Below, in pieces: positions 41,212 to 54,367 of a stretch of 64,000 nt of DNA. The notes beneath the pieces were generated by a model. It saw only the letters and a list, made by a program, of their open reading frames with translations. It was not told where the DNA came from and made no database searches. Position 1 is the first letter of the stretch. The number at the start of each line of letters is the position of its first letter. The position numbers and the translations under genes are program-made. The DNA is from Eledone cirrhosa (taxonomy: Eukaryota). The stretch is taken from the NCBI GenBank assembly GCA_964016885.1, contig OZ024741.1, positions 330,708,001 through 330,772,000 on the forward strand, read 5' to 3'.

Positions 41212-44040
41212 AGTAAGTATGTTTTGAAACAGTGAGCAGGTTTGAAATTAGAAAATAGAATAGCTTTCACCGTATTTTTGACTAAAGGAATTTTAGCCTG
41301 ATAATGGGGTTTAGAACCCTCAGATAAATGGAAAAAGATGAGTATTGACGTACATGAGTATTGACGTACAATATATATATATATATATTAGACTATTAAT
41401 ATACACACTAGATTATTAATAAAGATTGTGATTTGACAATTGACTTTTAAACATCTAATAAACTCACTCGCAAACCGTATAGGATTTTATGTATTAAATA
41501 TGATACGTCATACTATGTCTATTTCTACAGAATTTAATTACATTAGACCATGATGACGATTATGATGGCAGTTGGTCTAATGATTCTAATTCATTGTGAA
41601 TACTTTCAGACAATGTATTTGATGGACAGCAAAGTAAATTTTCTAAATGTTCTCACCTTTTCTCCAGTGTAGCGTCTTTTTCGATAAGAATGAGATTTCT
41701 ATCTGCATATTTATTTGGTAGAACTGCTACTTCTTCAAATTGAGAGATCACAGCTCTGATATTATGGGCATGTAGTTAGAATATCTGAGGAAAGAGTCGC
41801 TGGGCAGATTTTACAGGAAAAACCAACTGGCAGAAGACTCAGGGGTAGACCCTGAGCTCGGCTGGTCTCACTTGGGGATCCAGCGGGATTAATTGGAGAC
41901 AGTTGTTTCTAAGAGGACCTGCTGGAAGGAGTGTTTGAAGAGTCTGCACCAACAACCATCCCAAGAATAAATGGGCGAAGAATATTTATTTGGGACCATT
42001 CCTATTTCGAGTGACACTATGAGGAACAGTCTTTAACATGTTAGATGTTTCTGTCACATGGGCAGATACACTACAATGGAAATCTTTCTTTATTGAAGCG
42101 AACGGTTAAACAGAGTGATACTATTCCTGGTTCCCTTTGTATTAAACAACTGAGAGTATAAGACTCTCCCTGGTTAGGATGTTGGTCTATTGCAGGATTA
42201 ACTCCCCAGCTACTGCTGGTATTCATTTTGAGCTGAGTGTACTGGAGCACTGTGAAATTAAGTGTTTTGCTCAAGAACACAACACACAACCCGGTCCAGG
42301 AATCAAACTGATGACATTTTGATCATAAGTCAAGCATTAGGTCGTGCACCTTCACAGTGATACTATTGCATTATTTACATTATTTTGATATATACCTTAC
42401 AGCTATGCAGAGGGAGAAGACAGCGTGTCTGTGGGCCATAGATTGGAAGGTATAACAGGACAGATACTTTATGGTGGCAACCTTTCTTTATCTTCCCCTA
42501 TCACAACAGATGTTAAACAAAATGATGTTCTAGCTTCTACCTTATTTAGTCTATATTTTACAATTACGCTATAATCAAAACCACAAACCTCATCTTGAAT
42601 TACCATCCATTATCTTCTTTTGAGTTTCAATTTTAATCCAAATCACAAGATCCCAGACCTCATTTGCTTACTGGGTAAGGTGAAACTTGTCAAATTGGAC
42701 CAAGGAAACAAAGTTTCCATTGGTCTTTCCAATTGTCGATACTATCAACCAGTTGTAACTCCTGGCAGAAAGAGCAATATGAAATAAAGTATCTTGTTCA
42801 AGGACATCACACATCACCCTGCCTAGGAATTGAACTCACAACCTCTCGATTGTGAATCCAACTCTCTCACCACGAAGCCATGCTGCATTTCAATAAGTTA
42901 ATGAACATGTACAGGCTTCTTCAGAAATATTTCTGAATGTTTATGAATGTTTTCGTAGCATGGCTAAATAGTTAAGAAGTTCTCTTAGCAATCCCAGGTC
43001 CCAGGTTCAATCCCACTATATGGCATCTTGGTCAAATGTTATTTATCATATCCTTGGGTCAATCCATGCCCTATGAGTGAAATTGGATAAACTGAAACTG
43101 TTTGGAAGCCCATCGGATGGACTGTATCTGTAATTCAAAGAGCCAGCCTTGTCATACACTATGTCATGTTGAATCTCCCTGAGATTTACCTTAAGAGTAC
43201 ACGTGGCTGTGGAATACTCAGCCATTTAGATGTTAATTTCACGAGCAGTCTGTTCTAACACTTTTTCCTTGCTATCCAACTTAAACACTCATCATCAAAA
43301 CCAATAGAAGTCCATTCCAGATGTTGATAATAAAAATAAAGGTCTTAGTACAATCTTCACCTGGAATAAAAACAACCATTTTTTTCAAATTCAAATTCAG
43401 CAACCATCCTGACTTTGAAAAGATAGTTTGTATATTGATTCTTAACTCCAATCTAATCTAGGGCTTTCTCACTCCTGTTGGAGGAACCCTCTCTGGTTGA
43501 CCTCCACCACTTTCTATTTGGTTTTGGTCATGTCTTCAGGGGTATAGCCATACTCACCATGCTTGGCCAATTGTAGATTGGTGAGGCTGTTTAACCCATA
43601 GTCATGGTGGGTGGCTGTTGATTCTGAAGAGTTCATCCACTCTTTTTTTAACATCTCTTGTTTTTTGTGCTGCGGGAGTTCCACTTTCTCTCCTCACCTG
43701 ACCAGGGTTTGGTGGAGCAGCCAGTTTAGTCTCCAACTACTTGACCATGAAGCAAGTTTTATTGGGTTAAATAGTACCAGTAGCAAGCAGACTTAATAGA
43801 CCTTTGATTAAACAATAAAAAAAAATACATAAGTTTCATGTTTGAACTCGTAACGTATTTAACAATTAAACTAAGAAATGTTAAGTTCTAAACACTGAGT
43901 TTTCTATTATAATTTCATTTGTATCTAGTATGTCTTATGTATGGTACCGTAACTCCCAAGGGAGCCGTAGGGGCACCGTATTGACATAAAGTGTTTCTAG
44001 GGCATTTTAAAAACTTGGTGGAGCCCATCTCCTTTCCAGG

Positions 44041-44199
44041 CAGAGCCGTCTTAACGCATGGGCACACTGGGCAGTTGCCCGGAGGCCCCATGAGGATAGG
44101 GAGCCCATTTGTAATTTTATTCCTGGGAGTGGTTGTGTAGGTAGGGGCCCCAGTGCTCTGCTTTGCCTGCGGGCCTATAATGCTGTTAAGACGGCCCTG
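44041..44199. mobile_element. hAT-type MITE (159 bp) inserted in a family A SINE
   Basis: TIRs CAGAGCCGTCTTAAC/GTTAAGACGGCCCTG; 8-bp flanks TTTCCAGG/ACTCCAGG. Confidence 0.7.
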
Positions 44200-44760
44200 A
44201 CTCCAGGTCTGAATATAGTGGATTTCTTCCAGAGAAGGATAGAGAGTGAGAGAATGGAAGTGAGAAAGAGATAGAGGAAGAATCAACCCCAGTACTAGAC
44301 TGGTACTTTTTTATCAATTTCGAAAGGATGAAAGGCAAAGTGGGATTTGAACTCAGAGAGCAGAAACGAATACTGTGAAGAATTCTATCTGACGTTCTGT
44401 TGATTCTGCCACTATGTCTTATATATATGTTAAGCTTCTGTGTGTATGCTTTCTGTTGCCCATTACCCAGAAAGCACACACTAAAACCAGTCACCATTCT
44501 CATCTAATATTAATGTCGGTAGTAGATTGGCAGAATAGGTAGAGTGGCAGATAAAATGCAATTGAGTATTTATGGCTCTTTACATTCTGAGTTCAAATCC
44601 TGCCGAGGTCAACTTCGTTTTTCATCTTTCAGGGGTTCATAAAATAGAAGCCAGTTAAATACTGGGGTTGATTTAAGCAGCTTTGCCCTTCCCACTTCCA
44701 AAATTTACTGGCCTTGTGCCTAAAATAAAAATCAATATAAATTGTTGCAAATCTACATTT

Positions 44761-44846
44761 GAGGGTTGACTGAAAAGTTCATAGGCTACCTATGAAGGAC
44801 TGATGCTAGAGTTGTGGTCAGCCTATGAACCTTTCAGCTGACCCTC
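44761..44846. mobile_element. Tiny mariner/Tc1-like MITE
   Basis: TIRs GAGGGTTGACTGAAAAGTTCATAGGCT/AGCCTATGAACCTTTCAGCTGACCCTC; another TIR copy at ~63960-63988. Confidence 0.6.
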
Positions 44847-44909
44847 ATACATACACTATTTTTGTTTTAGTGTTGAATTTAAGAAATTGAAATTTTTCTC
44901 TCTTTATAG

Positions 44910-45113
44910 GAGCCATCACATTCCTGTTAGTATCTAGCGCTGTAACAATGTCGGTGCCATTTTGTATTGGTAAGGTGGTGGACATCATAAACTCTGCTTA
45001 CAAAGATGGAAATGTTATGACTAAACTAAATGTAATGTGTCAATCTCTTATGGTGATCTTCTTAATTGGTGGCCTTGCCAACTGTGGACGTGTCTACTTA
45101 ATACAAATTTCAG
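44910..45113 (+). CDS. ABCB10: ABCB10 exon 2
   Basis: AITFLLVSSAVTMSVPFCIGKVVDII...GLANCGRVYLIQIS; AG/GT; 204 nt. Confidence 0.93.
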
Positions 45114-46422
45114 GTATGTATGTTTTACAAATGAATGTTTTACAAATGAACATTGTTCTACATTTTAACTCTTAATAGCCTGTAATGTTTTTTTTTAAAG
45201 AGATTTATTTATTTAGATCAAAGGTTCTCAACCCATTTCGGCCAAACGCCCTCTTTTGCCCCGCAAAATCACGAAACGCCACCCTACCCTATTTTTCCAT
45301 TTTTCAATATACCACTGATTTTGATATCAGTAGATTACTGGGCCAAATCAAGTTATGTTAGAATCTTTAAAAAAATCTTTAAAAGATACTCGTATGAATT
45401 AAATACAAAAAAGTTTCAGTCTAAAACAAAAGCAAGCTATTTCAAATTATATATTTTTGAAAAATAGACGTGAATGTTCTCAAAGATTTGATCTCAGTCG
45501 AAAAAGCTTTTTTTTTTAAATTCTATATTTCACTGTTTGCTGTTGTAATATTTTGAGTGGATAGACAATTCTACAATTCAAACTGTAAAGTCAAAATACA
45601 AAAGATGCAAAATATTAAAAATTTCTTACCTTTCTCTTGAATCACAAACTCAAGGGAAAAATAGTACCTTGCAAAATAAAGTGCCTCGATCACAAACTTA
45701 GTTGCAACGAATGAATTGAGATGCTTAGTGACAGTGAGCAAACAATATCTGTATCCCTTATATATATATATAGATACACACATACGCTCACACACTAACA
45801 CACACACACACACAAACAAACTTGTGTGTGTGTCTGTGTGTGCCTTGTTTTTGGTACAGAAAGAATTTTGTCTCCAGTTTTTATTGCCAGGTCAAAGGCC
45901 ACTGCTCTTTTCAATAATGTCAAATAACAACGCCATATATATATGTGTGTATATATATATATAGAGAGAGAGAAATGTGTGTGTGTTTGGTACACGTCTA
46001 TCTATCTATCTATCTCGCCAACAGGGGGCTCAAATATGCGGCTTGCGAACTACTTTTCTATGGCCTGTGATAGAACCAATATTTCAGATTCCATTATAAC
46101 TAGTGAAAATAAGACAGTGAGTTGGTGGAATCGTTAGCACATCTGGTGAAATGCTTAGCGGTACTTCTTCAGTTTTTACGTTCCGAGTTCAAATTCCGCC
46201 GATCTTAACTTTGCCTTTCATCCTTTTGAGGTCGATAAATGAAGACCAGTTGTGAACTGGGATTGATGTAATCGACGGGACCCTAAATTTCATGCCTTGT
46301 GCCTATAGTAGAAATGGTTATAACTGGTGAAAATCATCACCCACCACCACGTTTGGCCCACTGTGCCTCTCCTCCAGAACTTAATGGCCCTTTTATGTCC
46401 TTGAGTTTGAGACCTCTCTTCT

Positions 46423-46478
<56 letters not shown>

Positions 46479-47031
46479 ATACACTTTACTTTTTTCCTGT
46501 CTCTGAACTACGCCCATGCAGGAGCATCACCTTGGTAAGTTATGGAGACGTCAACAAACCAACAAGCATCGGTGGGAGGGCAAACACAAACGCAAAGACA
46601 CATACAGACATATATATGACGCGCTTCTTTTAGTTTTGGTCTATCAAATCCACTCACAGGGCTTTGGTTGGACCAGGCAGTGGGACTGAACCCGGAAATA
46701 TGTGGTTGGGAAGCAAGCTTCTTGTCACACTGCACATATATATATATATGTGTGTATGTGTGTGTTATCAAATTAACAAGGAAAATAAAAAGAACAAAGT
46801 CAAGTTACTTTATAACTTTGTTTTTATTTTATGTTTTTATTTTTATTGTTAATTTGATACCTAATATCTGACTCTGTATCTAAAGAATTAATTCATCTAA
46901 ACACAGAACTTCTCTATGGATTTTACAAGATTACATTGAGTCCTATCTACAGTACGGACCCTACCACCAGAGGTAGACGAGACTGAAAAAAAATATATAT
47001 ATATATGTGTGTGTGTCTGTGTGTGTGTATA

Positions 47032-47063
<32 letters not shown>

Positions 47064-47101
47064 GTAAAATATATATATATATATAAATCTACATACATGT
47101 A

Positions 47102-47420
47102 TGGTGGCTGCCAACTCGTTTTCGAGTACGGCCACTACTTTATATCCATGTAGGAGAACCCCTACCGATGCGCTGAACGAGTGTGACTTTTTAGTCCAGC
47201 CAGCGACTTGAAAACTCTGGTACAAACACTACACTTGTGACAATTACTGACACATAGTGCTGGGCCCATGGTACCATGTGACGACAAGTGCAGAGAGATC
47301 TCCAGATATAAAGCAATGCCTGTGCCGTGAAGCTTTTATAGTGGGCAAAGGCACTGCACAAAGCCAGTCCCACTCTCTTAACCAAGATGATATTTTCCAA
47401 AAAGAAGAACAAGTCAACAT
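47102..47420 (-). mobile_element. Non-autonomous RTE-derived element, truncated, nested in the hAT element
   Basis: Matches 8812-9131. Confidence 0.78.
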
Positions 47421-47439
47421 ACCAAAAAAAAGAACAAGT

Positions 47440-47564
47440 CATACATATATATATATATACACGCACATATATATATACATACATATATATATACACGTAC
47501 ATATATATATATACATATACATACATATATATATACACACATACATATACATACATATATATAT

Positions 47565-47595
<31 letters not shown>

Positions 47596-47764
47596 CATAT
47601 ACATACATACATATACATATATACATATACATACATATATATACATATATATATATATATACATACATACATATACATACATACATATACATACACACAT
47701 ACATATACATACATATACACATACATATATATATATATATATACATATATATACATATACATAC

Positions 47765-47795
<31 letters not shown>

Positions 47796-48320
47796 CATAC
47801 ATATATACATATACATACATATATATATGTATATATACATATACATACATATATACATATACATACATACATATATATATATATACATACACATATACAT
47901 ACATATACATACATATACATATATATATATATATATACATATATATATACATACATACACATATATATATACATACATATACATATACATACATATACAT
48001 ATACATACATATATACATATACATACATATATATATACATACATATATATATACATACATATATATATATACATATATATATATATACATATACACACAT
48101 ATATACATATAAATATATATATATATATATACACATACATATATATATATATACGTTATTCCGGGTTGAATCGGAGGTAACCACAGTATATATATATATA
48201 TATATATATACATACATTTACATACATATATACATATATATACATACATACATACATACATACATTTACCTATGTATATAACTATGCATTTATACATTTG
48301 TATATATACATGCATTTATA
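47440..48320. repeat. (TA)n/(CATA)n microsatellite
   Basis: Low complexity. Confidence 0.93.
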
Positions 48321-49148
48321 TTTAAGTGTGTAAGGATGTTGACATGATTTATGGGTTTTTTTGGGAAAGGAGAAAATTTTGACTCCATATTTTATTACCT
48401 AGGGAGATTAAATACCACAGCTCTAGCTGAAAGCTGACCAGGTTCTCAACCTCATCAAACACCAACACCGGCCTGTGTGTGTGTATGTATGTATGTATGT
48501 ATATACGTATGCATGTGTGTGTATGATTATATGTATGTATAGGTATACACACACACCTTTCATCACTATTACTTCTTTTTGTCGTTTCTGTTGTTCTTGT
48601 AACTGTTGTCAAAGTTGACGTTATCCTTATTTTCATTTTCTTTCATTTCTTTCATTTTTCTTTTATCTCCCTAGGAAATTCGTTGACAAGCTTCTTTTAA
48701 TTATTTTGTTTGTTTTCTTCATTCAAATGCATTTACACTGGCTGTCTCAGAGATGTACAAATATGGCTTATAAAACTTACCTAAGTAAATAGCCTTCCAG
48801 CGCCCCTCAAAGCTTATCCCCCCCCCCCCACACACACACACACACCGGGGGCAGGAGGCATATGCCCCCTCTTGAGAACCTTTGATTTAGATGTTTGTAG
48901 TATCTTTACTAGGTAATACAAATTTCAGGTATGTGTACTTTTGCAAATGGACATTGTTCTACAATTTCACAATGATCCGCCCCCTATTAAAGATACTACA
49001 AACAATTGAATTGTTAATATATGCAAAATTGAGAGTTAATATATGAAAATTGAATGTTAGGCAATGTATATTTGCTGTGAAAATATAAAATACATGCCGA
49101 TACTGATGTTAAATTACTGATGTTGAAGTTATTTGCCATATATTTCAG

Positions 49149-49351
49149 GACAGAATATTGTTCAACGATTGCGAGAAAAACTCTATTCTTCATTGCTGAG
49201 ACAGGAAATTGGATTCTTTGATAAAACCAAAAGTGGAGAACTTGTGAACCGTTTATCGAATGATACAGCTCTAATTGGTCAGTCTCTCACTGGAAATATC
49301 TCTGATGGTTTGCGATCTGTATGTCAGGCTGTTGGAGGCTTGGCTATGATG
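49149..49351 (+). CDS. ABCB10: ABCB10 exon 3
   Basis: [39 protein letters not shown]...NISDGLRS; 203 nt; AG/GT. Confidence 0.95.
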
Positions 49352-50021
49352 GTATGTATTTCATTTAATTTAACTTAGACCAGTGAGGGAAGAACACATT
49401 GATTAATTGTTCATTTTGTTTTGAACTGTTTTCGCTTTTATATTTGAAAAGAGGATAATAACCCTGAAATATTATGTTGAAATATACTGGGTAAAAAACA
49501 AAAACAAAATATTACTTTGTTTTGTTTTATTTGTCAATCTTTTACCCTTTAGATATTTCTACCACATTATACTGGCTTTCTGAAACTCATCAGTTATTTA
49601 TTACATATGTCACAATGCTACTACTTAGAACATAACATTATCTGAGCAAGGGGCAGACTATATAATGTCTTCATGCAAAATGCTGCATGATAGCAAGATA
49701 TGGGCAGTGTATGCAAAGGATATGTGAGGACTGGAGAGAAACAAAGTAAGCATGCTCTGTTGAATGTGTTAGTGTCCATGAATGATATGGATAAGTTGAG
49801 AGAAAAACTGGGTGTAAGAGGAATCAGATGCAATATATGTGAGAGAAGACTGCATTAGTAGAGACATGTGATACATATGTATGAGGATTGTTGAGTGAAG
49901 ACATGAAGAATTACAGAGTGGAAGGAAACTGCAGGATCTCTTGGTACTTTTCTGCCTAATGATCACTAACCATACACATTACAGGTAATTCTAATAAATC
50001 AATAATAATTTACCTTCCCAG

Positions 50022-50156
50022 GTCTATGTCTCGCCCCAACTATCTCTGGCGTCCATGCTGGTAGTGCCACCTGTTGCCATGGTGGCAATCATCTATGGCC
50101 GCTATGTAAAGAAAATTACAACTGACGTACAGACTTCACTGGCAGACAGTAGCAAT
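50022..50156 (+). CDS. ABCB10: ABCB10 exon 4
   Basis: VYVSPQLSLASMLVVPPVAMVAIIYGRYVKKITTDVQTSLADSSN; 135 nt. Confidence 0.93.
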
Positions 50157-51714
50157 GTAAGTATCATAATTTTCACCACCACCACCACCATCACGATCAT
50201 CACCATCACTATCATCATCACCACCACTATCACTATCATCATCATTTAACATTCACTTTCCCTGCTAGCAAAGGTTGGATGTGCCTTCACAGACCGAGTC
50301 TGTACTGAAACGGGGCTACTGACCTTCCAGACAAGTTGGGGGTTTGCATCTCACATACGATTCCATGTTCTACCAAGTATATTCTATCATGACACCAATG
50401 CTAGAGAGATTGTCATATCCTTCACACAACTGCAGGGTCCACCCAAGCCTTTGTTTAGCAAGTGTTCTATAACTGGATACCCTTCCTATCACCAACCATT
50501 TTACAGCATGTAGTGGGAGCGTTTATTATGTAGATCACCATAACTAGAGAGGTTGCACCATTGACACAACTGAGGGGTCTTTTAGGAATGGTTTCTACAT
50601 TGGGGAGAGGGGAGGGGCTTCCTATCACCTTACAGGGTGTATTGGGTGCATTTTCATGGCACTGTCTCTAGATAGGTTGTTGGTCATAGTCGCAACTGAA
50701 GAGCCCTCTCTGGTAGGCGGGGGGTTTTTTGGAGTGTGTATGTGTGGCGGGGGATGAGAGGAGAAGAGTGATAGGTATGAAGTTATAGGTGTCTGTGGTG
50801 ATTTGACATGGTGGATAGTAAGGGGAAGGGGTGACTGATAGTACAAGGAGAGAGATGTAATAGTGTGTGGAGGATAATGTGCTCAATAGCGCATGGGAGG
50901 ATGTAGTGATGGAGAAATAAGGGGTGGTAGTGTTACAAAGATAAAAAAGCTCCCTCCCACTTAGTCATGACTGGGAATGAGTTTAGTACCTATGATTGGT
51001 TGACCATAGGTTTGTCACTGAGGTACAAACCCAGGCAGGGTGTTTTTTGGAAGCTAGTTCTCCCTCTCCATACCACTGATGTCGAAGAGAAAGGCAAAAG
51101 CTTAAATGTTTTGGCACCAGTGACGTTGCAGCTCATATATACGCTATGCAAATACACTATATATACTATATATGATGCCCAGAAGAAAGGCAAAGGCCAA
51201 TACAGCTGAGCATCAGTGTCGTCACAGCTCATGTTTTGGACTGGAACAATGTGGAATAAAGTGTCTTGCTCAAGGACACAACCTGCCTCTTGATCCTGGA
51301 TCAAATACACAACCATAGTATTGTGAGCCCAGTACCCTAACTAGTGGAGGTACATGGCTTAGTAGTAAGGCTGTTGGGCTTATGATCATAATGTTGTGGG
51401 TTCAATTCCTGGATTGGGTTGTGCATTGTTCTTCAGCAAACAACATTGCTCCAGTATATTCAGCTGAAAATGAGTATCAGTAATAGCTGAGGGTTTAACC
51501 CTGCAATGGACTGCTGTCCTGTCCATGGGGGAGTGTGTCGCTTCACACCACAGAAACTGAGATAAGCACCAGCCTGATGTGCCTCCTGGCTCGAGACAGG
51601 CTTTAGACTTTTTTTAGCACTTTAACTACTAAGCCTTCACATGCACAATTATGCTACTGGTTACATGTATTATTTCTCATTTATCTTTCTCCTTTCTTGT
51701 CTTCCCTATCCCAG

Positions 51715-51861
51715 GTGGCCAATGAACGCTTCAACAACATGCGTACTGTACAGTCTTTTGTGCAGGAGAATCTAGAAGCAGACCTGTTTACTCACAAATT
51801 ACAAAATGTTATATTCCTCCAGAAGAAAGAAGCTCGAGCAAAAGCTTTGTTCTTTGGTTTT
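51715..51861 (+). CDS. ABCB10: ABCB10 exon 5
   Basis: VANERFNNMRTVQSF...KKEARAKALFFGF; 147 nt. Confidence 0.93.
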
Positions 51862-52176
51862 GTGAGTATCTTCCTAGAATTGTCTCTACATTTTCATGTT
51901 TCCTTGTGGTTGAGTAATGATATGCATGCCTTCTGATGAAAATCCAATTAGATCTGAAAATCGATTAAGGGTGTTAATCAATTTTTTCAATTTACAGGAA
52001 AATTCGTATTTTCTGGCATGTGTACATGCCTACATATTAGATATATGTATATAGTTATACATGTTGGTGCAGTCTTGGTTACACACTGTATTTATACAGA
52101 TGTAACTTTAACATGTGTGTGTGTATGTGTTTAATTTATATGTATTTAAACTGAAATTGGAAGTTTTTCTTTTTAG

Positions 52177-52312
52177 TCTGGTTTTTCAGGTAATCTTGTG
52201 GTGTTATCTGTATTCTACTATGGCGGAATTATGATGACTGAATCCCAACTCACTGTCGGAGAACTCTATACATTTTTAGTATATGCAGTTTATGTTGGTA
52301 TCTCCTTGGGTG
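52177..52312 (+). CDS. ABCB10: ABCB10 exon 6
   Basis: [45 protein letters not shown]; 136 nt. Confidence 0.93.
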
Positions 52313-52552
52313 GTAAGTGTCATAAGACTTAACTCTTAATTTTCTCTACTTCATGAAACTAGCAAGATGTTCTTGAAGGAAAGTTCAACTTATTCGTGTT
52401 CAGCTTACTCGTGAAATTAAGTTGCAGGCGGTTGAGTATTCCATAGACACCTGTATACTTAACATAATCTTCAAGGAGATTCAGTATGACACAGTCTTTG
52501 ACATAGCTAGCTCTTTGAATTACAGGTGTAGGCCATCTTGTATTATAATGTA

Positions 52553-52748
52553 AGGGCAGTGGATTGGTAGTATCGGTAGAGCATCAGACACCATGCTTTG
52601 CAGCATAGAGTTATGACCCTTTACGTTCCGAGTTCAAATCCTGCAGAGGTTAGCTTTGCCTTTCCTCCTTACGGTGGTCGATAAAATAAAGCACCGGTAA
52701 TGCACTGGGGTAATTGCTGGCCTTGTGCCAAAAGTAGAAACAATTATA
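52553..52748 (+). mobile_element. Family A SINE, full length
   Basis: A box, B box, core and tail present. Confidence 0.82.
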
Positions 52749-53119
52749 ATGTAAGTGGCTGTATATTCCACCGACATCTGTTCCCATAATGTAATTCTCA
52801 GAGAGATTCAGCATGACACAGTGTGTGACAAGGCTGGCACTTTGAATTACTAGGATAATCCATCAGACAGGCTTCCAGACAGTTTGTCTACCCAATTCCA
52901 CTCACAAAGCTTGGGTCAACCTGAAGTCATGGTAAATGACACTTGTCCAAGATGTCACACAGTGGGGTCAAACTCAGGTCCTTATGATTGAAAAGTGGAC
53001 TTTTAACCATTTGGCCATGCTGCATCCACATATTATATTAGTGATGTGTTTGGGGAAAGCATAAATGTCACACAATCTCCAATGACCACTCCTATAAATT
53101 CAAAGTTTCAATGTTTCAG

Positions 53120-53215
53120 GTATCACCTCTTTTTACTCTGAACTTATGCGAGGAATCGGTGCCAGCACAAGAGTTTGGGAGCTTTTAGATCGGCAGTCCA
53201 GCATCCAGCAAACTG
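53120..53215 (+). CDS. ABCB10: ABCB10 exon 7
   Basis: GITSFYSELMRGIGASTRVWELLDRQ; 96 nt. Confidence 0.95.
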
Positions 53216-53221
53216 GTAGGT

Positions 53222-53537
53222 TATATTTAGATATTAGTAATTAACTAATTATACGTAGTATTAGTAATTAACTAATTATATTTAATATTAGTTACCATTT
53301 ATATTTAGTATTGATAACCAATTAATTATATTTAGTATTTGTAATTAACTAATATTAAGTATTAATAACTAATTATATTTAATATTAATAACTAATTATA
53401 TTTAGTATTAGTAACCAACTAATTATATTCAGTATTAACTAATATTTAGTATTAGTAATTAACTAATTGTATTTAGTATTAGTAACTAACTAATTATATC
53501 TAGTATTAACAATTAATTATATTTTGTATTAGTAATT
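53222..53537. repeat. AT-rich ~27-bp degenerate minisatellite
   Basis: TTTAGTATTAGTAATTAACTAATTATA units. Confidence 0.8.
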
Positions 53538-54058
53538 AGGTGGCATTAAAATGTCAGATAGAATGCTTTGCGCATTCGTTCCGGTTCTCTGCTCTCTGAG
53601 TTCAAATCCTGCCGAGGTCAACTTTTCATCCTTTCAAGGTCTATAAAAAAGTACCAGTCTAGTACTGGGGTCGATTCTTCTTCTATATCTCTTTCTCATT
53701 TCCCCTCTCTCACTTTCTATCTTTCTCTGGAAGAAATCTGCTGTACTCAGGCCTGGAGGGGGATGGGTTCTGCCAGGCTTAAAATACCCAGGAAATGCCA
53801 TATGTCAATATGGCGCCCTATAACTCTATCAGGAGTTACGGACCATACATTCATTAGTAATTAACTAATTATATTTGATAAGTGTGGAAAATGGACATTA
53901 AACAATGATGATCATCATCAGTAATCGACTAATTATATTTACTATTAGTAACATTAGTCTCTGTTCAATTGTGATGTGTTAAACATCACAACATCATAAA
54001 ATTTCCACATTTTCTTATTAAATTTCTCTGACTGTTCTGAATTCTACATTACTTTCAG

Positions 54059-54265
54059 GTGGCCTAGTTCTGCCAAAGAAAGCTGAAGGTAAAATTGAAT
54101 TTCAAGACATTGTGTTCCATTACCCCAGTCGACCTGAAGTGAATGTCTTCAACAAACTCTGCCTTTCATTGGATCCTGGTTCCATAACAGCATTAATTGG
54201 TCACAGTGGTTGTGGTAAATCCACAACGGGATCACTCATGCTCAGGTTTTATGATCCCCAATCAG
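54059..54265 (+). CDS. ABCB10: ABCB10 exon 8 (Walker A)
   Basis: GKIEFQDIVFHYPSRP...GHSGCGKST...LRFYDPQS; 207 nt. Confidence 0.96.
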
Positions 54266-54367
54266 GTAATTTTGTGCATATGCATGTTCACACACTCTGT
54301 CTCTCTCACTCACACATACACTCTCACACATTCACTCACTCACTCAATCTCACACACACACTCACAT

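Larger units (their letters stand above)
45219..48884. mobile_element. Non-autonomous hAT (Charlie-like) transposon, 3.67 kb including nested repeats
   Basis: TIRs CAAAGGTTCTCAA/TTGAGAACCTTTG and a perfect 8-bp TSD ATTTAGAT (45211-45218, 48885-48892). Confidence 0.85.
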
